From Nitrospinales bacterium (lineage in GTDB: Bacteria; Nitrospinota_A; UBA7883; JACRGQ01): a stretch of DNA of 64,000 nucleotides. A program made the translations under genes and the position numbers. A model generated the notes under the pieces. The model was not told where the DNA came from and made no database searches. It was given only the letters and a program-made list of their open reading frames with translations. Shown here piece by piece: positions 27,491 through 37,693 of the stretch. Position 1 is the first letter of the stretch. Each line of letters opens with the position of its first letter. Where the stretch lies: positions 26,733 through 90,732 of the forward strand of contig JAHFEK010000002.1 of NCBI GenBank assembly GCA_023248495.1. The letters are read 5' to 3'.

Positions 27491-28840
27491 TTACTGCCGT
27501 CTTAAATCAAAAAATGTGATTTTCTTCCGTTTCCCGGGGGGAAGCGTTTTGCCCAGATATTCTTCCTCTGTAATGAAAATGATTTCCGGCACAACACGGG
27601 CGCGCGCCCGCAAGCAATCCGATATCGCTTCCACGGAAAGCGAAGGATCGGTAACGGCAACATAAAGAAAAATGTTGTCGTTCCCGTCTTCCTTCTTCGT
27701 TGCCTCCACATAGGCGCCAGCCACTCCATCCACCCCTTCCGCCGCCGAAATCAGGAACGAGGGAAACACGGTGGTTCCCTTCACTTTCAGCATATGATTT
27801 TTTCTTCCAAGCACTGGCCCCAGCCGCGGAGTGCGTCTTCCGCATTCGCACTGGCCAATAATCATAAAGGAGATATCCCCGGTTCTGAACCGGATGAGGG
27901 GCATTCCCGTAACGCCCAGCGGAGTTACCACCAGTTCCCCCGTGTGGCCGTGCGGCACCGGCATGCCATGGCCGTCCACAATTTCCGCCACAACCAGTTC
28001 GGGGCGCAAATGCCCCCCCTGCCGCTCATGGCAATCGCAAAAGGCCGTCGCCATTTCGGTTGAGGCGTAGGTGGAATAAATGGCGGACCCCCACATTTCT
28101 TCCAGCTGCCGGACGGCGGGCAACAAGGCCATATCCTGGCCGCGGATGCTTTCGCCTATCGCCACCAGTTTGCGAACGCCGACGCTTTTTGGATCATCGC
28201 CGTTCTCGATGGCATATTGCCCGATTTTCCGTATCAGGGAAGGAACGCCGACGATTACCGTGGCCCCGCACCCCTTTAACAAATGCCAGTGCTGCGCCGC
28301 GCTGCCCGCGCCCGCCCGCACCATGCGCGCTCCGACCTTCAGTCCGCCCATGTAATAAGCTAGCCCGGCCATAAAACAGCGGTCGAGAGCGGCGCAAATA
28401 ATCACCGTGTCGGCGGCGCCGATGCCCATCATCCCGAATGCAGCTTCTTCGTTATATGCGAGCCGCGATAAGTCCGATGAGGTTTGCAGAAGCGCGTTCG
28501 GCGTATCCCCGGTGGTGGCCGAGGTGAGACATACATCGGCTATCTCTTCGGGAGAGCAGGCTAAAAAATCATTATTCCGGAGGGTAAGGTCATCCTTCGT
28601 GGTGCAGGGAATTTTCAACAGATCGGCCACGCCGCGTATCGAATGCGGATCAATCCCTTCCCGCGCGAACAACTCGCGGTAAAAGGGAGACCGCTGAGCG
28701 GTATATCGCAGATGTCCGGTCAAGAGCCTGTCTTGCGCGGCGGCAATTTTTTCATACCCCTCAAATTCCAGTCCCGCATACTCTTTCGCGGGAAAATCGG
28801 CAAGCAGGGACTGTCCGCGATGGCCGGCGTTAGTGCTCAT
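27491..28840 (-). CDS. PaaK/F390-synthetase-like adenylate-forming aryl-acid ligase
   Basis: 449 aa. The TSATTGD-type P-loop (LTSATTGDTPN), YASTE and a short C-terminal lid are typical of the phenylacetate-CoA ligase family. Confidence 0.7.
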   Translation of the reverse strand: MSTNAGHRGQSLLADFPAKEYAGLEFEGYEKIAAAQDRLLTGHLRYTAQRSPFYRELFAREGIDPHSIRGVADLLKIPCTTKDDLTLRNNDFLACSPEEIADVCLTSATTGDTPNALLQTSSDLSRLAYNEEAAFGMMGIGAADTVIICAALDRCFMAGLAYYMGGLKVGARMVRAGAGSAAQHWHLLKGCGATVIVGVPSLIRKIGQYAIENGDDPKSVGVRKLVAIGESIRGQDMALLPAVRQLEEMWGSAIYSTYASTEMATAFCDCHERQGGHLRPELVVAEIVDGHGMPVPHGHTGELVVTPLGVTGMPLIRFRTGDISFMIIGQCECGRRTPRLGPVLGRKNHMLKVKGTTVFPSFLISAAEGVDGVAGAYVEATKKEDGNDNIFLYVAVTDPSLSVEAISDCLRARARVVPEIIFITEEEYLGKTLPPGKRKKITFFDLRRQ

Positions 28841-29570
28841 TCAGGTGTTCCTTAATCAGAGCCTCCACATGCCGTTTCAATTTCAGCGCCCGTTTTTCGG
28901 GGGGAAACGCCGCGGGATACACGGGGGGAAGTATTGTTATGACGATGACCGCGGGCCGGAACATATGATCCTTCATGGACTGAAATGTTTCCGTACCCGT
29001 GAGACAAACCGGAATTACCGGAATATTATATTCAACCGCCGTCAGGAACGCCCCGGAACGGAATAGTTGCAGCTTTCCGGTGCGCGACCTGTGTCCTTCG
29101 GGAAAAAAGAGAAACGAAACGCCCCGGCGGAACAACTCGGCGCCCGCCCCGGCTAAAAAATAGTTTATATCCGATTTTTCCATGTCGAGATACCCGGCGC
29201 GCCTCATAAACCACCCCAACCCCCAAATCCTGAAAGGCCATGAACGGACAAACACCGTGGTATTCGAAGTGGTAAAAAACGGGCTGAAAAACATATCGGA
29301 GGTGGAGCGATGGTTGGCGACAATGACGGCCGAGCCGTTCCGGGGTAAATTTTCAGCGCCCGTACACCGTATTCGCACCAGTGGCCAAGAGCACTTTACA
29401 AGAAAAAAGCCGTATAAGCGGTTGGTGCAGCGGATGGCGTCGTCAATCCGGTAATTTTTTTTCCGCGAAAGGTAGAACATGATAAGCGGATACGCGGCCA
29501 CATACAGGCCGCTGAGAAAAAGAATGTACGCTAAATACACCCCGCTTAATAAAAACCGCAATGCCTTCAT
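28830..29570 (-). CDS. 1-acyl-sn-glycerol-3-phosphate acyltransferase (PlsC family)
   Basis: N-terminal TM, HX4D motif VANHRSTSD and FPEGHRS motif. Confidence 0.8.
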   Translation of the reverse strand: MKALRFLLSGVYLAYILFLSGLYVAAYPLIMFYLSRKKNYRIDDAIRCTNRLYGFFLVKCSWPLVRIRCTGAENLPRNGSAVIVANHRSTSDMFFSPFFTTSNTTVFVRSWPFRIWGLGWFMRRAGYLDMEKSDINYFLAGAGAELFRRGVSFLFFPEGHRSRTGKLQLFRSGAFLTAVEYNIPVIPVCLTGTETFQSMKDHMFRPAVIVITILPPVYPAAFPPEKRALKLKRHVEALIKEHLNEH

Positions 29571-29590
29571 ACAATGGCGGGGCCGAAGTC

Positions 29591-29878
29591 CTACTTCGGC
29601 TCGCCCTGCATCGCCTTCTGCTTTTCCATGATGAATTCATGGATATCTTTGAGCTGGCGGATGGCGCGTATTTTCTCCTCATCCAGATTCCTGACAACCT
29701 TGAAGCTGAACTCGCGCTCCAGCGCCACCACAAGATCGACGCTATCAAGACTATCAAGCCCCAATTCATCGTACAACGACGCAGTGGGCACAAGAATTTC
29801 CTCTTTCAGTTCGAACTCCTCGACCATGATTTTTTTTACCCGTTCCGCTATTTCCTGTTCAGTCATTATCCGCTCCAT
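29591..29878 (-). CDS. acyl carrier protein
   Basis: ELGLDSLDSVDLVVALE. The start may be MTEQEI at 29866. Confidence 0.9.
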   Translation of the reverse strand: MERIMTEQEIAERVKKIMVEEFELKEEILVPTASLYDELGLDSLDSVDLVVALEREFSFKVVRNLDEEKIRAIRQLKDIHEFIMEKQKAMQGEPK

Positions 29879-31112
29879 ACCGTTTAATTATTATCACGGA
29901 GTTAATGCCGCCGAACGCGAAGCTGTTCTTGGCAAACGCATTAATCCGGCACTTTCGTAACTCGGTGACATGGTCAATGTCTTCACATCCTTCACCGGGG
30001 GTCTTCAAATTCAACGTGGGAATGAGTATACCGTCATTCATCATTTTAAACGATGCTGAAAGTTCCAGCACTCCGCTGGCGCCCAAGGTGTGCCCCATAT
30101 GGCCCTTTAGGCTGCTGACCGCCGGTCTTCCGCCGCCGAATACCTCATGAATGGCTTGAGCTTCCGCCGCGTCACCTAAAAGAGTGCCGGTGGCGTGGGC
30201 GCTGATGTAATCAACTTTTTCCGGGGCCATATGCGCGCTGGCCAAAGCCTCGCGCATACACTGGGCGATTGAGGCGCTGTGCGGCTGCGCCAAATGCGAG
30301 CCGTCCGAAGAGGTCGAAAATCCGGCAACCTCCGCGAGGATCGACGCTCCCCGCGCGAGCGCGGATTCTTCGGATTCCAGCACCACGCACCCTGCCCCTT
30401 CACCGCACACGGTTCCATCACGGTCCCGGTCAAAGGGCCGCGGGGTTTCATTGGGAGTGCCGTTATACCGGCACGAGGTGGCATTCAGCAGATCGAACGA
30501 GCCGCATACGATGGCGTTCAATTCATCGGCCCCTCCGCAAAGCATCATGTCCTGAATGCCATACTTGATGGCTTCATACCCCATGCCAATGGCTTGGGCG
30601 GATGACGAGCAGGCGGCGTCGGGCGAAATAACCCGGCCCCGGATATTCAGAAAATGCGCGATGTTCGCGGCGCATGTATGGCTCATAACCTGAAAGAACC
30701 CCCCGGAAGAAACATTCTTCACGAAAGCGCCCTCGAAATACTCCTTGAAGTATGCGGTGAGCGACGCGGCGCTGCCGGTGGTGGAGGAAAAACTGACGCC
30801 GGTTCTTCCATTGGAGAACACGGCATGGGGAATGCCCGCGCCCGCTATCGCCTCTTTGGCGGCAAAAACCGCCATGAGGGCGGTGGGGCCCATGGTGCGG
30901 CGATACTGCCGGGGTATCTCCTGCGAAGGCAACCGCTCTTTGAGCGGCGCGCCGACCCAGCAATTAAGCCCTTTGACCTCGTTTTCCCACTGTTCTTTTA
31001 GCGAAACCACCGCGGATGATCCGGCATAGAGGGCGTCCATCATCCGTGGAAATCCGATGCCAAAAGGGGAAACGGCGCCCACGCCGGTTATGACGACTTT
31101 TACTGACGCCAC
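29859..31112 (-). CDS. beta-ketoacyl-ACP synthase II-like
   Basis: DAACSSS, SAHATGT and GHMGHTLGASG motifs. Confidence 0.9.
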   Translation of the reverse strand: MASVKVVITGVGAVSPFGIGFPRMMDALYAGSSAVVSLKEQWENEVKGLNCWVGAPLKERLPSQEIPRQYRRTMGPTALMAVFAAKEAIAGAGIPHAVFSNGRTGVSFSSTTGSAASLTAYFKEYFEGAFVKNVSSGGFFQVMSHTCAANIAHFLNIRGRVISPDAACSSSAQAIGMGYEAIKYGIQDMMLCGGADELNAIVCGSFDLLNATSCRYNGTPNETPRPFDRDRDGTVCGEGAGCVVLESEESALARGASILAEVAGFSTSSDGSHLAQPHSASIAQCMREALASAHMAPEKVDYISAHATGTLLGDAAEAQAIHEVFGGGRPAVSSLKGHMGHTLGASGVLELSASFKMMNDGILIPTLNLKTPGEGCEDIDHVTELRKCRINAFAKNSFAFGGINSVIIIKRYGADND

Positions 31113-32566
31113 TGTTTCACCTCATTCCAGACGGTTTCCAAACCAATAATATTCGCCGCGGTCACAACGCCAGACACGGCCCCCCCCATGATTCCCGGCA
31201 TCAAGATACTTTGGCCGGCCAAATAAAAGCCGCGTATCGAGGTCATCGAGTTGAGCTTTATCTGGTTCACCGAATGCTTCACGCCATACATGGAGCCACC
31301 CGGTGTTCCGGTATATCTCTCATAGGTATGAGGGGTAGCGCTATCGGCAACCCGTATTTTGCCGCGCATTTCAGGATAGCACTCTAAAAGACGCTCAACG
31401 GTATTCGCCGTCTCCATCTCCTTATATTCAACATATTCGCTGGCACGGCGCGAAGTGCCGTATAATTCCTTGGAAATCGGGCTGTTAGGAGATTCTTTTA
31501 AGACACAGAGTCCCTTTTTCCTGCTTCCGTGGCTCATCGAACCGGCCATCATGATAGCCAAAATGGAATTATGTGTCAATGCTTCGGGGTGGCGCATCCG
31601 GTAAAAATTGGCGTCATTCAGCCGCGCGGGAACATCGTCAACCTCAAGGTACGTGGCGAAAGCGGCCTCGGTGTTTTCAAGTCCCCGCAACCGCGAAAGA
31701 AATGCCGGGCGCACCGCGCCCCCCGGCAACAGATCCACCAATAATCCCGGGTGGATGGTGCTGATGCAACTGCCGCATTCCAGCATCTCGCCATTACCTA
31801 GCTTCACGCCCGTTATCGTGCGGTTGTTATCTACCTCGATCCCCGCCACCGGGGAGCCGCAGAACATGACCACCCCTTCCTGATCCAACCTATGCAAAAA
31901 GGCGTCGACCAGTTCATCCCCTCCGTTTGCCAGCGTTTGCGATGACCGGTAAAAGGATCCCATTATCAGCGCGTGAATATAGAAGGGAACTTCATTCCCC
32001 GGCACCCCGTATAAAAACTGGCCGTATTGGCCCAGAAGTTCCTTCAGGTTTTTCTCCGCTCCCAATCCGTCCAGAAACGAATCCAGGCTTTCATCGATCA
32101 TGTGTTGATTGTTGCTGAAATCACGGTAATCAAGGTCGAAACTCAAAAAAGGGGTCAATGACATTATGGCATTGACCTTTTCGATGTAACCGCGCACGGC
32201 TTTTTCACTTTGCGGAAAAGCGGCGCGCAGCGCATCTTCCACCCTGTCCAGGCCAACGGGAATGGACACTTCCATATCGCCCATCCGCAGAATGTCGAAC
32301 CCGTCGGCGTTCATCGGTACCGGCCGGATGCTATCCCCCATGCGGAGATACCGGAATATCACCGACAGAGCGCCCCCCGGCTCGAAACCGCCGGAGTAAT
32401 GAAACCCCGGATCGCACCAAACACCGCCGCGCCTGAACCGCCGCAGCAACGGGGCGGCGAACCGGTTTTTCTCAACGATAGCTACCCGTTGTCCTCGTTG
32501 CGCCAAAACAAGGGCGGCGGTCAACCCGGTTATCCCGGAACCGATGACGACCGTATCGTATTTCAA
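31100..32566 (-). CDS. FAD-dependent oxidoreductase, phytoene desaturase (CrtI)-like
   Basis: N-terminal dinucleotide fold YDTVVIGSGITGLTAALVLAQRG...VAIVEK. Length and C-terminal GxxxPG pattern resemble the CrtI/amine-oxidase family. No halogenase WxWxIP motif. Confidence 0.7.
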   Translation of the reverse strand: MKYDTVVIGSGITGLTAALVLAQRGQRVAIVEKNRFAAPLLRRFRRGGVWCDPGFHYSGGFEPGGALSVIFRYLRMGDSIRPVPMNADGFDILRMGDMEVSIPVGLDRVEDALRAAFPQSEKAVRGYIEKVNAIMSLTPFLSFDLDYRDFSNNQHMIDESLDSFLDGLGAEKNLKELLGQYGQFLYGVPGNEVPFYIHALIMGSFYRSSQTLANGGDELVDAFLHRLDQEGVVMFCGSPVAGIEVDNNRTITGVKLGNGEMLECGSCISTIHPGLLVDLLPGGAVRPAFLSRLRGLENTEAAFATYLEVDDVPARLNDANFYRMRHPEALTHNSILAIMMAGSMSHGSRKKGLCVLKESPNSPISKELYGTSRRASEYVEYKEMETANTVERLLECYPEMRGKIRVADSATPHTYERYTGTPGGSMYGVKHSVNQIKLNSMTSIRGFYLAGQSILMPGIMGGAVSGVVTAANIIGLETVWNEVKQWRQ

Positions 32567-33780
32567 GGGGCGGTGCCGATAAGAAGGCAGGAATTTGTGC
32601 CGCCGAACCCGGCCGAATTGCAGAGGATGACGCGCGGTTTCTCGTCAATGGTCTCGGCCGCGATATTAAGGGGGGCCGCTCCTTCCTCCTGCCGCTTGAA
32701 ATTGATGTTCGGCGCTATGAAACCGCCCTGCCCCATGATGACGGAATACACCACCTGCGCGGCGCCAGCCATCCACATCTCGTGGCCGGTCATGGATTTT
32801 GTCGAAGAAACCCACGGTTTCGCGCTGCCAAAAACGTGGTTGATGGCCAACGCCTCGGCGGCGTCGCCAATCGGAGTGGACGTGGCGTGGGCACAAACAT
32901 AATCGGCTTTTTCCGGCGATAGCCGGGCCAGCTGAAAACACTCGTTCATGCACCGTTCCAATCCCTCGCCCGATGGCACCGACAGCTTGTACCCGTCCGA
33001 GCTGAAGGAATAGGCCAGAATCTCGCCAAGGATGTTGGCGCCCCGAGCTTTGGCCAAATCATACCGTTCCAAAGCAACCATCGCCGCCCCGCCGCTCGGC
33101 ACGAGGCCATCGCGCCCGCTGTCAAATGGCCGGGGCGCGCCCGCCGGGTCATTCTCTCGCAGTGAAAAAGCGTTGGTGGCGTCGAAGCTGCACACCGATT
33201 CCCACGTAATTTCCTGAACGCCTCCGCAAATCATCCGGTCCTGCCGCCCCAGCGCAATCAAATCGCTGGCTTGACCGATCGCGTGGCCGCCGCTGGCGCA
33301 TGCGCCGCTGAGAGTCCACGATGCGCCCTTGTTACCCAACAATGTGTTCAGGTTCATCGACACGGTGGAATTCAACGCCTGAAAAACAAGGCCACCCCCT
33401 ATGGCGAGGGTGCTTTTTTCACGGAGGGTTATCTCGACCTGTTGATAATTCGCCACAACCGTGGAATCGTTGCCGACGATGCACCCCGTTCGTTCGCTTT
33501 GAACCAGCGGCGCATCCCAGCCGGCGGTTTCCAACGCCTCGATTACCGCCGCATAGGCGTGCAAACCGAATTCAGACATGGAACGGCACTTCTTGCGGTC
33601 AAGTTTTGGCGGCACGAAATCGGTGATGCGGCCGGTCAGGGCACTCCGGAATCCCAAGCCTTTCCGGACGGGATCAATACCAACCCCCGACCGTCCCCTC
33701 TGAAGGGAATCCTGTACCTTCTCCACGCCGGTGCCCAGCGTGGAAACGACACCGATCCCGGTTATGGCGACTCTATGCAT
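32563..33780 (-). CDS. beta-ketoacyl-ACP synthase
   Basis: SGACASGG, CAHATSTPIGD and SMTGHEMWMAG motifs. Confidence 0.9.
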   Translation of the reverse strand: MHRVAITGIGVVSTLGTGVEKVQDSLQRGRSGVGIDPVRKGLGFRSALTGRITDFVPPKLDRKKCRSMSEFGLHAYAAVIEALETAGWDAPLVQSERTGCIVGNDSTVVANYQQVEITLREKSTLAIGGGLVFQALNSTVSMNLNTLLGNKGASWTLSGACASGGHAIGQASDLIALGRQDRMICGGVQEITWESVCSFDATNAFSLRENDPAGAPRPFDSGRDGLVPSGGAAMVALERYDLAKARGANILGEILAYSFSSDGYKLSVPSGEGLERCMNECFQLARLSPEKADYVCAHATSTPIGDAAEALAINHVFGSAKPWVSSTKSMTGHEMWMAGAAQVVYSVIMGQGGFIAPNINFKRQEEGAAPLNIAAETIDEKPRVILCNSAGFGGTNSCLLIGTAP

Positions 33781-33880
33781 ATTTCCCCATACCGCTTTCT
33801 TCCGCTTTTCGACATCGCCTGATCACCTTACGAAATGCCCGCGCCGCGAACGAACCGGGCGCATGCTTGGCGTGCGCAAA

Positions 33881-34624
33881 CTACATGTATAGGCCGCCAT
33901 TAACGGATATTGTATGCCCCACGATATAGGACGCCGCATCGGAGCAGAGGAACTCCACCACGGCGGCCACTTCATCCGGCTTGCCAAAACGGCCCGCGGG
34001 TATTGAGGGCAAAATCTTTTCCAATGGCAGGTCTTTCGTCATGTCGGTCTCGATAAAACCCGGTGCGACACAATTGACAATAACCCCCCGCTTGCACACC
34101 TCGGCCGCCAACGACTTGGTGGCGCCGATCAAGCCGGCCTTGGCCGCCGCGTAATTGGTCTGGCCGGCGAGGCCGCTTTGCCCCGCCGTGGACGCGATAT
34201 TGATGATGCGCCCGGACCGTCTCTTCATCATTCCCATCAATACCGAACGGGTAACCAGATAAAAACCGGTGAGGTTGACATTTATGACGCCTTCCCATTC
34301 CTCACGGGTCATCCACATCATAAGGGTGTCTTTGTTGTGCCCCGCGTTGTTCACCAACACGTCCGGGATGGCTGCGGCTAGCAGCGGTTCCAAGGCATCG
34401 GCGACGCCTTTTTCATTGCCGACATCAAACGGGAGGAGTACGCACTTCCTTCCCAGCTTTTGGATAACCTCCTGAACCTCTTTCGCGGCGGCGTGGTTGC
34501 TGTGATAGTTGGCCCAGATGTCATATCCGGCTTTCGCGAGGCGGATGGCGACAGCGGCCCCCAATCCCCGGCTTGCCCCTGTTACCAAGGCAATTTTGGG
34601 GGCGGATTCTTTTGTCGAGGCCAT
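33881..34624 (-). CDS. 3-oxoacyl-ACP reductase (SDR, FabG-like); first gene of the cluster
   Basis: LVTGASRGLGAAV, NNAG and YAAAKAG (YxxxK) motifs. Confidence 0.9.
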   Translation of the reverse strand: MASTKESAPKIALVTGASRGLGAAVAIRLAKAGYDIWANYHSNHAAAKEVQEVIQKLGRKCVLLPFDVGNEKGVADALEPLLAAAIPDVLVNNAGHNKDTLMMWMTREEWEGVINVNLTGFYLVTRSVLMGMMKRRSGRIINIASTAGQSGLAGQTNYAAAKAGLIGATKSLAAEVCKRGVIVNCVAPGFIETDMTKDLPLEKILPSIPAGRFGKPDEVAAVVEFLCSDAASYIVGHTISVNGGLYM

Positions 34625-34956
34625 ATTTTATTTTTCCATCCTTATTGATTCCGTGCGGATTGTATTATTTATACAAATGCAAGTCAATGTGAGGGAGGGG
34701 CAAGGGATAAAATATTGTTTATCTGCAACAAACAAAAACCTTTAGCCTCACCATGCGGTGCTTCGTTCCAGACGGCCCCGGCAACACAAAAAAAGCCGTT
34801 TTTTCCATTTCGTGGGAAAAATCCGGCCAATTTCCTCATTGTATAGCAGGAAATAACCGGCACCGGAATGCCGAGGAAGGCAACAGGGCACTTCCCCGCC
34901 TTCTCCGTCCCATCAATTTTTGCCAACCGGAATAGCGCCGCGTCTTTTTTTATTCC

Positions 34957-34986
34957 TTTACAAAATCAGGGCGTTCATGATAGATT
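34957..34986 (+). promoter_or_regulatory. candidate sigma-70 promoter for rpsO-pnp
   Basis: TTTACA (34957-34962), then 18 nt, then TAGATT (34981-34986), about 53 nt upstream of the rpsO ATG. Weak -10. Confidence 0.25.
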
Positions 34987-35038
34987 TTTGGGCTGAAATA
35001 AAAAAGTTTAACAAAGAAAGAGCGAGAGAAATAGCACT

Positions 35039-35308
35039 ATGCCACAAACAAAAGAAAAGAAGACCCAGATCATAGAAACCTACAAGAAAAGCGAGAAAGA
35101 CTGCGGATCGCCTGAAGTGCAAGTGGCGCTTTTAAGCGAGCGGATCAGCTACCTCACCAAACACTTTGAAACACATAAGAAAGATAATCACTCCCGGCGC
35201 TCCCTGCTGCGAATGGTAAATCACCGCCGCAGATTGCTTGATTACCTCAAGCGCATTGAAGTGGGCCGCTACAAAACCATCATCGAATCGTTGGGTCTGC
35301 GCAAGTAA
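35039..35308 (+). CDS. rpsO: 30S ribosomal protein S15
   Basis: 89 aa with ...[42 protein letters not shown]... Confidence 0.95.
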   Translation: MPQTKEKKTQIIETYKKSEKDCGSPEVQVALLSERISYLTKHFETHKKDNHSRRSLLRMVNHRRRLLDYLKRIEVGRYKTIIESLGLRK

Positions 35309-35424
35309 GCGCGGATCCTTCGTTAAATTCCGGCCGGCTAGCCATGAATCGGGTTGTTCCATGTGCAGTACCGCGGCCGATCCTGCCATCGTGGCTTTTC
35401 GTAATACTTAGGAGAATCTGAACC

Positions 35425-37533
35425 ATGGCCGCTACCAGAGTAGAAGTTGAAATCGGCGGAAAAATAATCGCCATCGAATCCGGCGAAATCGCCCGCCAAG
35501 CCGGCGGATCCGTCATGGTCTATTGCGGCGAATCCATCGTTTTCGGCGCCGCCACCTCCGCGGCTTCCCCCAAAGAAGGGCAGGACTGGTTCCCCCTCAG
35601 CATGGACTACCGCGAAAAATTCTACGCCTCCGGTAAAATCCCCGGAAGCTTTGCCCGCCGCGAAGCGCGCCCATCGGAACGGGAAATCCTCACCTCGCGC
35701 CTGGCCGACCGGCCCATCCGCCCGCTCTTCCCGGACGGCTTCATGAACGACACGCAGGTATTCACCTACGCCCTTTCCTATGATGGCATAAATGAATGCG
35801 ACGTTTTGTCGATCCTCGCCTCCTCCGCATCGCTGTTTGTTTCCAACGTCCCGTTCCACGGCCCGGTCGGAGCCGTTCGGATGGGCTACATCGACGGCGT
35901 TCTGGTGGTTAATCCCACCGCCGAAGAACGCAAAAAATCCCTGATGGATATCGTGGTCGCCGGTACCGACGATTCGATCACCATGGTTGAAGGGGAATCC
36001 AAGGAAATATCCGAAGAGCTCCTCATTCAGGCTCTTGAAGTGGCGCATACCGCCATCCATAAACTGTGCGCGGCGCAAAAAGAGCTGGCCGCCAAGGTGG
36101 GCCGCCCGAAAATGGCTTTCACCGCCGCTGACCGCGATAACGAATGGCACGAGAAAATCCGCTCGCACCGCGCCGATATTAAGGCCGTCATCTGCATAAA
36201 AGATAAGCATGCCCGCATTGAAGCCATGGCCGCCGTTAAAAAGACGATCATTGAAACCTACATTACCCCCGAGAACAAGGCAACGGCGGGCAAGATAATA
36301 AAAGGCGCGTACGACGACGTGGAGCAACAAGTGCTTCGCGAAATGATCCTTAACGAAGGATTGCGCGCCGACGGCCGCACCCTTACCGAGGTTCGCCCGA
36401 TCACCATCCGCACCGGCGTGTTGCCGCGCGCGCACGGCTCGGCGCTCTTCACCCGCGGCGAAACCCAGGTGGTCGTCGCCATCACGCTCGGCACCGGCCA
36501 GGATGAACAACTTATCGATAACATCGAGGGCAAAAGCCACAAAAACTACATGTACCACTACAACTTCCCCCCCTTCTCGGTGGGCGAAACAAAGGGCGCG
36601 CCCGGACCGGGCCGCCGCGAAATCGGTCACGGCGCATTGGCCGAGCGCGCGCTCCAGTGGACGCTGCCGGACGCCAAAGAATTTCCTTACACTCTCCGCA
36701 TCGTTTCCGAGGTCATGGAATCCAACGGTTCCTCCTCGATGGCATCCGTCTGCGGCGGCTCACTGGCGCTTATGGACGGCGGCGTGAAGATCAAGGCTCC
36801 GATAGCCGGCGTGGCAATGGGCCTGGTCGCCGAAGGGGATAAGTTCGCTATCCTCACCGACATCCTCGGCATCGAAGACGCGCTGGGCGACATGGACTTC
36901 AAGGTGGCCGGTTCCCGCAAGGGCATCACCGCCATCCAGATGGACATCAAGCTCACCGGCATCAAGATCGAAATCATGAAACAGGCGTTGATGCAGGCTC
37001 TCAAAGGCCGTCTCCATATCCTCGACCAGATGGAAGCCGCCATGCCGAACGTCGCCCCGGACATCTCGAAGTACGCGCCGCGCATGATCATCATGAAGGT
37101 GCCGAACGACATGATCGGCGCCATCATCGGACCGGGCGGGAAAAACATCCGCGCCATCACGGAAGCGACCAAAACCCAAATCGACATCGAAGACGACGGC
37201 AGCGTGAAAATATTCGCCGCCAACAGCATCGACGCCGAAAAGGCCAAGTCGTTCATTGAAACCATCATTGAGCCGGCCACCATTGGCAAGCTCTACTTCG
37301 GCAAGGTTACCCGCATCGTCGATTTCGGCGCGTTCGTGGAAATCGCCCCCGGCACCGAAGGGCTGGTGCATATCTCCCACTGCTCCGATAAACGCATCAA
37401 TAGCGTCTCGGAAGTGATGGCTGAAGGGGATCAGATTTGGGTAAAGGTGATCGACGTCGATCCCCGCACCCGGAAAATCCGCCTGAGCCACAAAGAAGCG
37501 GTGGCGGATCGCGGCGAACAGCCGAAGCGTTAA
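35425..37533 (+). CDS. pnp: polyribonucleotide nucleotidyltransferase (PNPase)
   Basis: 702 aa with two RNase PH domains, then KH (GPGGKNIRAI) and S1 (GKVTRIVDFGAFVEI) domains. Classical rpsO-pnp arrangement. Confidence 0.95.
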   Translation: MAATRVEVEIGGKIIAIESGEIARQAGGSVMVYCGESIVFGAATSAASPKEGQDWFPLSMDYREKFYASGKIPGSFARREARPSEREILTSRLADRPIRPLFPDGFMNDTQVFTYALSYDGINECDVLSILASSASLFVSNVPFHGPVGAVRMGYIDGVLVVNPTAEERKKSLMDIVVAGTDDSITMVEGESKEISEELLIQALEVAHTAIHKLCAAQKELAAKVGRPKMAFTAADRDNEWHEKIRSHRADIKAVICIKDKHARIEAMAAVKKTIIETYITPENKATAGKIIKGAYDDVEQQVLREMILNEGLRADGRTLTEVRPITIRTGVLPRAHGSALFTRGETQVVVAITLGTGQDEQLIDNIEGKSHKNYMYHYNFPPFSVGETKGAPGPGRREIGHGALAERALQWTLPDAKEFPYTLRIVSEVMESNGSSSMASVCGGSLALMDGGVKIKAPIAGVAMGLVAEGDKFAILTDILGIEDALGDMDFKVAGSRKGITAIQMDIKLTGIKIEIMKQALMQALKGRLHILDQMEAAMPNVAPDISKYAPRMIIMKVPNDMIGAIIGPGGKNIRAITEATKTQIDIEDDGSVKIFAANSIDAEKAKSFIETIIEPATIGKLYFGKVTRIVDFGAFVEIAPGTEGLVHISHCSDKRINSVSEVMAEGDQIWVKVIDVDPRTRKIRLSHKEAVADRGEQPKR

Positions 37534-37545
37534 CCTGCTTTACCG

Positions 37546-37575
37546 GCCCCGCCCTCTCCGGGCGGGGCTTTTTTT
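37546..37575 (+). terminator. rho-independent terminator of pnp
   Basis: Perfect 9-bp GC stem GCCCCGCCC-tctcc-GGGCGGGGC followed by T7. Confidence 0.85.
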
Positions 37576-37693
37576 ACCCCTCACTTCTCATCCTTGGCTT
37601 GAGCCGACATGACAAAACAGAGCCGCACCCATTAAAGCAAAGCTGACGGATTTGGAATAATGCACATCAACGCCGTGTATAATCCGGGTTACT

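Noticed and set aside
8452-34624. Calling the cluster a ladderane-type lipid cluster.
   Set aside because: The ammonia-lyase, aryl-acid ligase, KS/CLF-like pairs and LolA/MMPL export set match aryl-polyene clusters better. The ladderane resemblance is only in gene content (rSAM + CrtI-like + FAS II parts) and is kept as a remark.
35338-36630. 430-aa minus-strand ORF antisense to pnp.
   Set aside because: It lies entirely inside the unmistakable PNPase gene. The G/A/R-rich translation is typical of antisense frames in GC-rich DNA.
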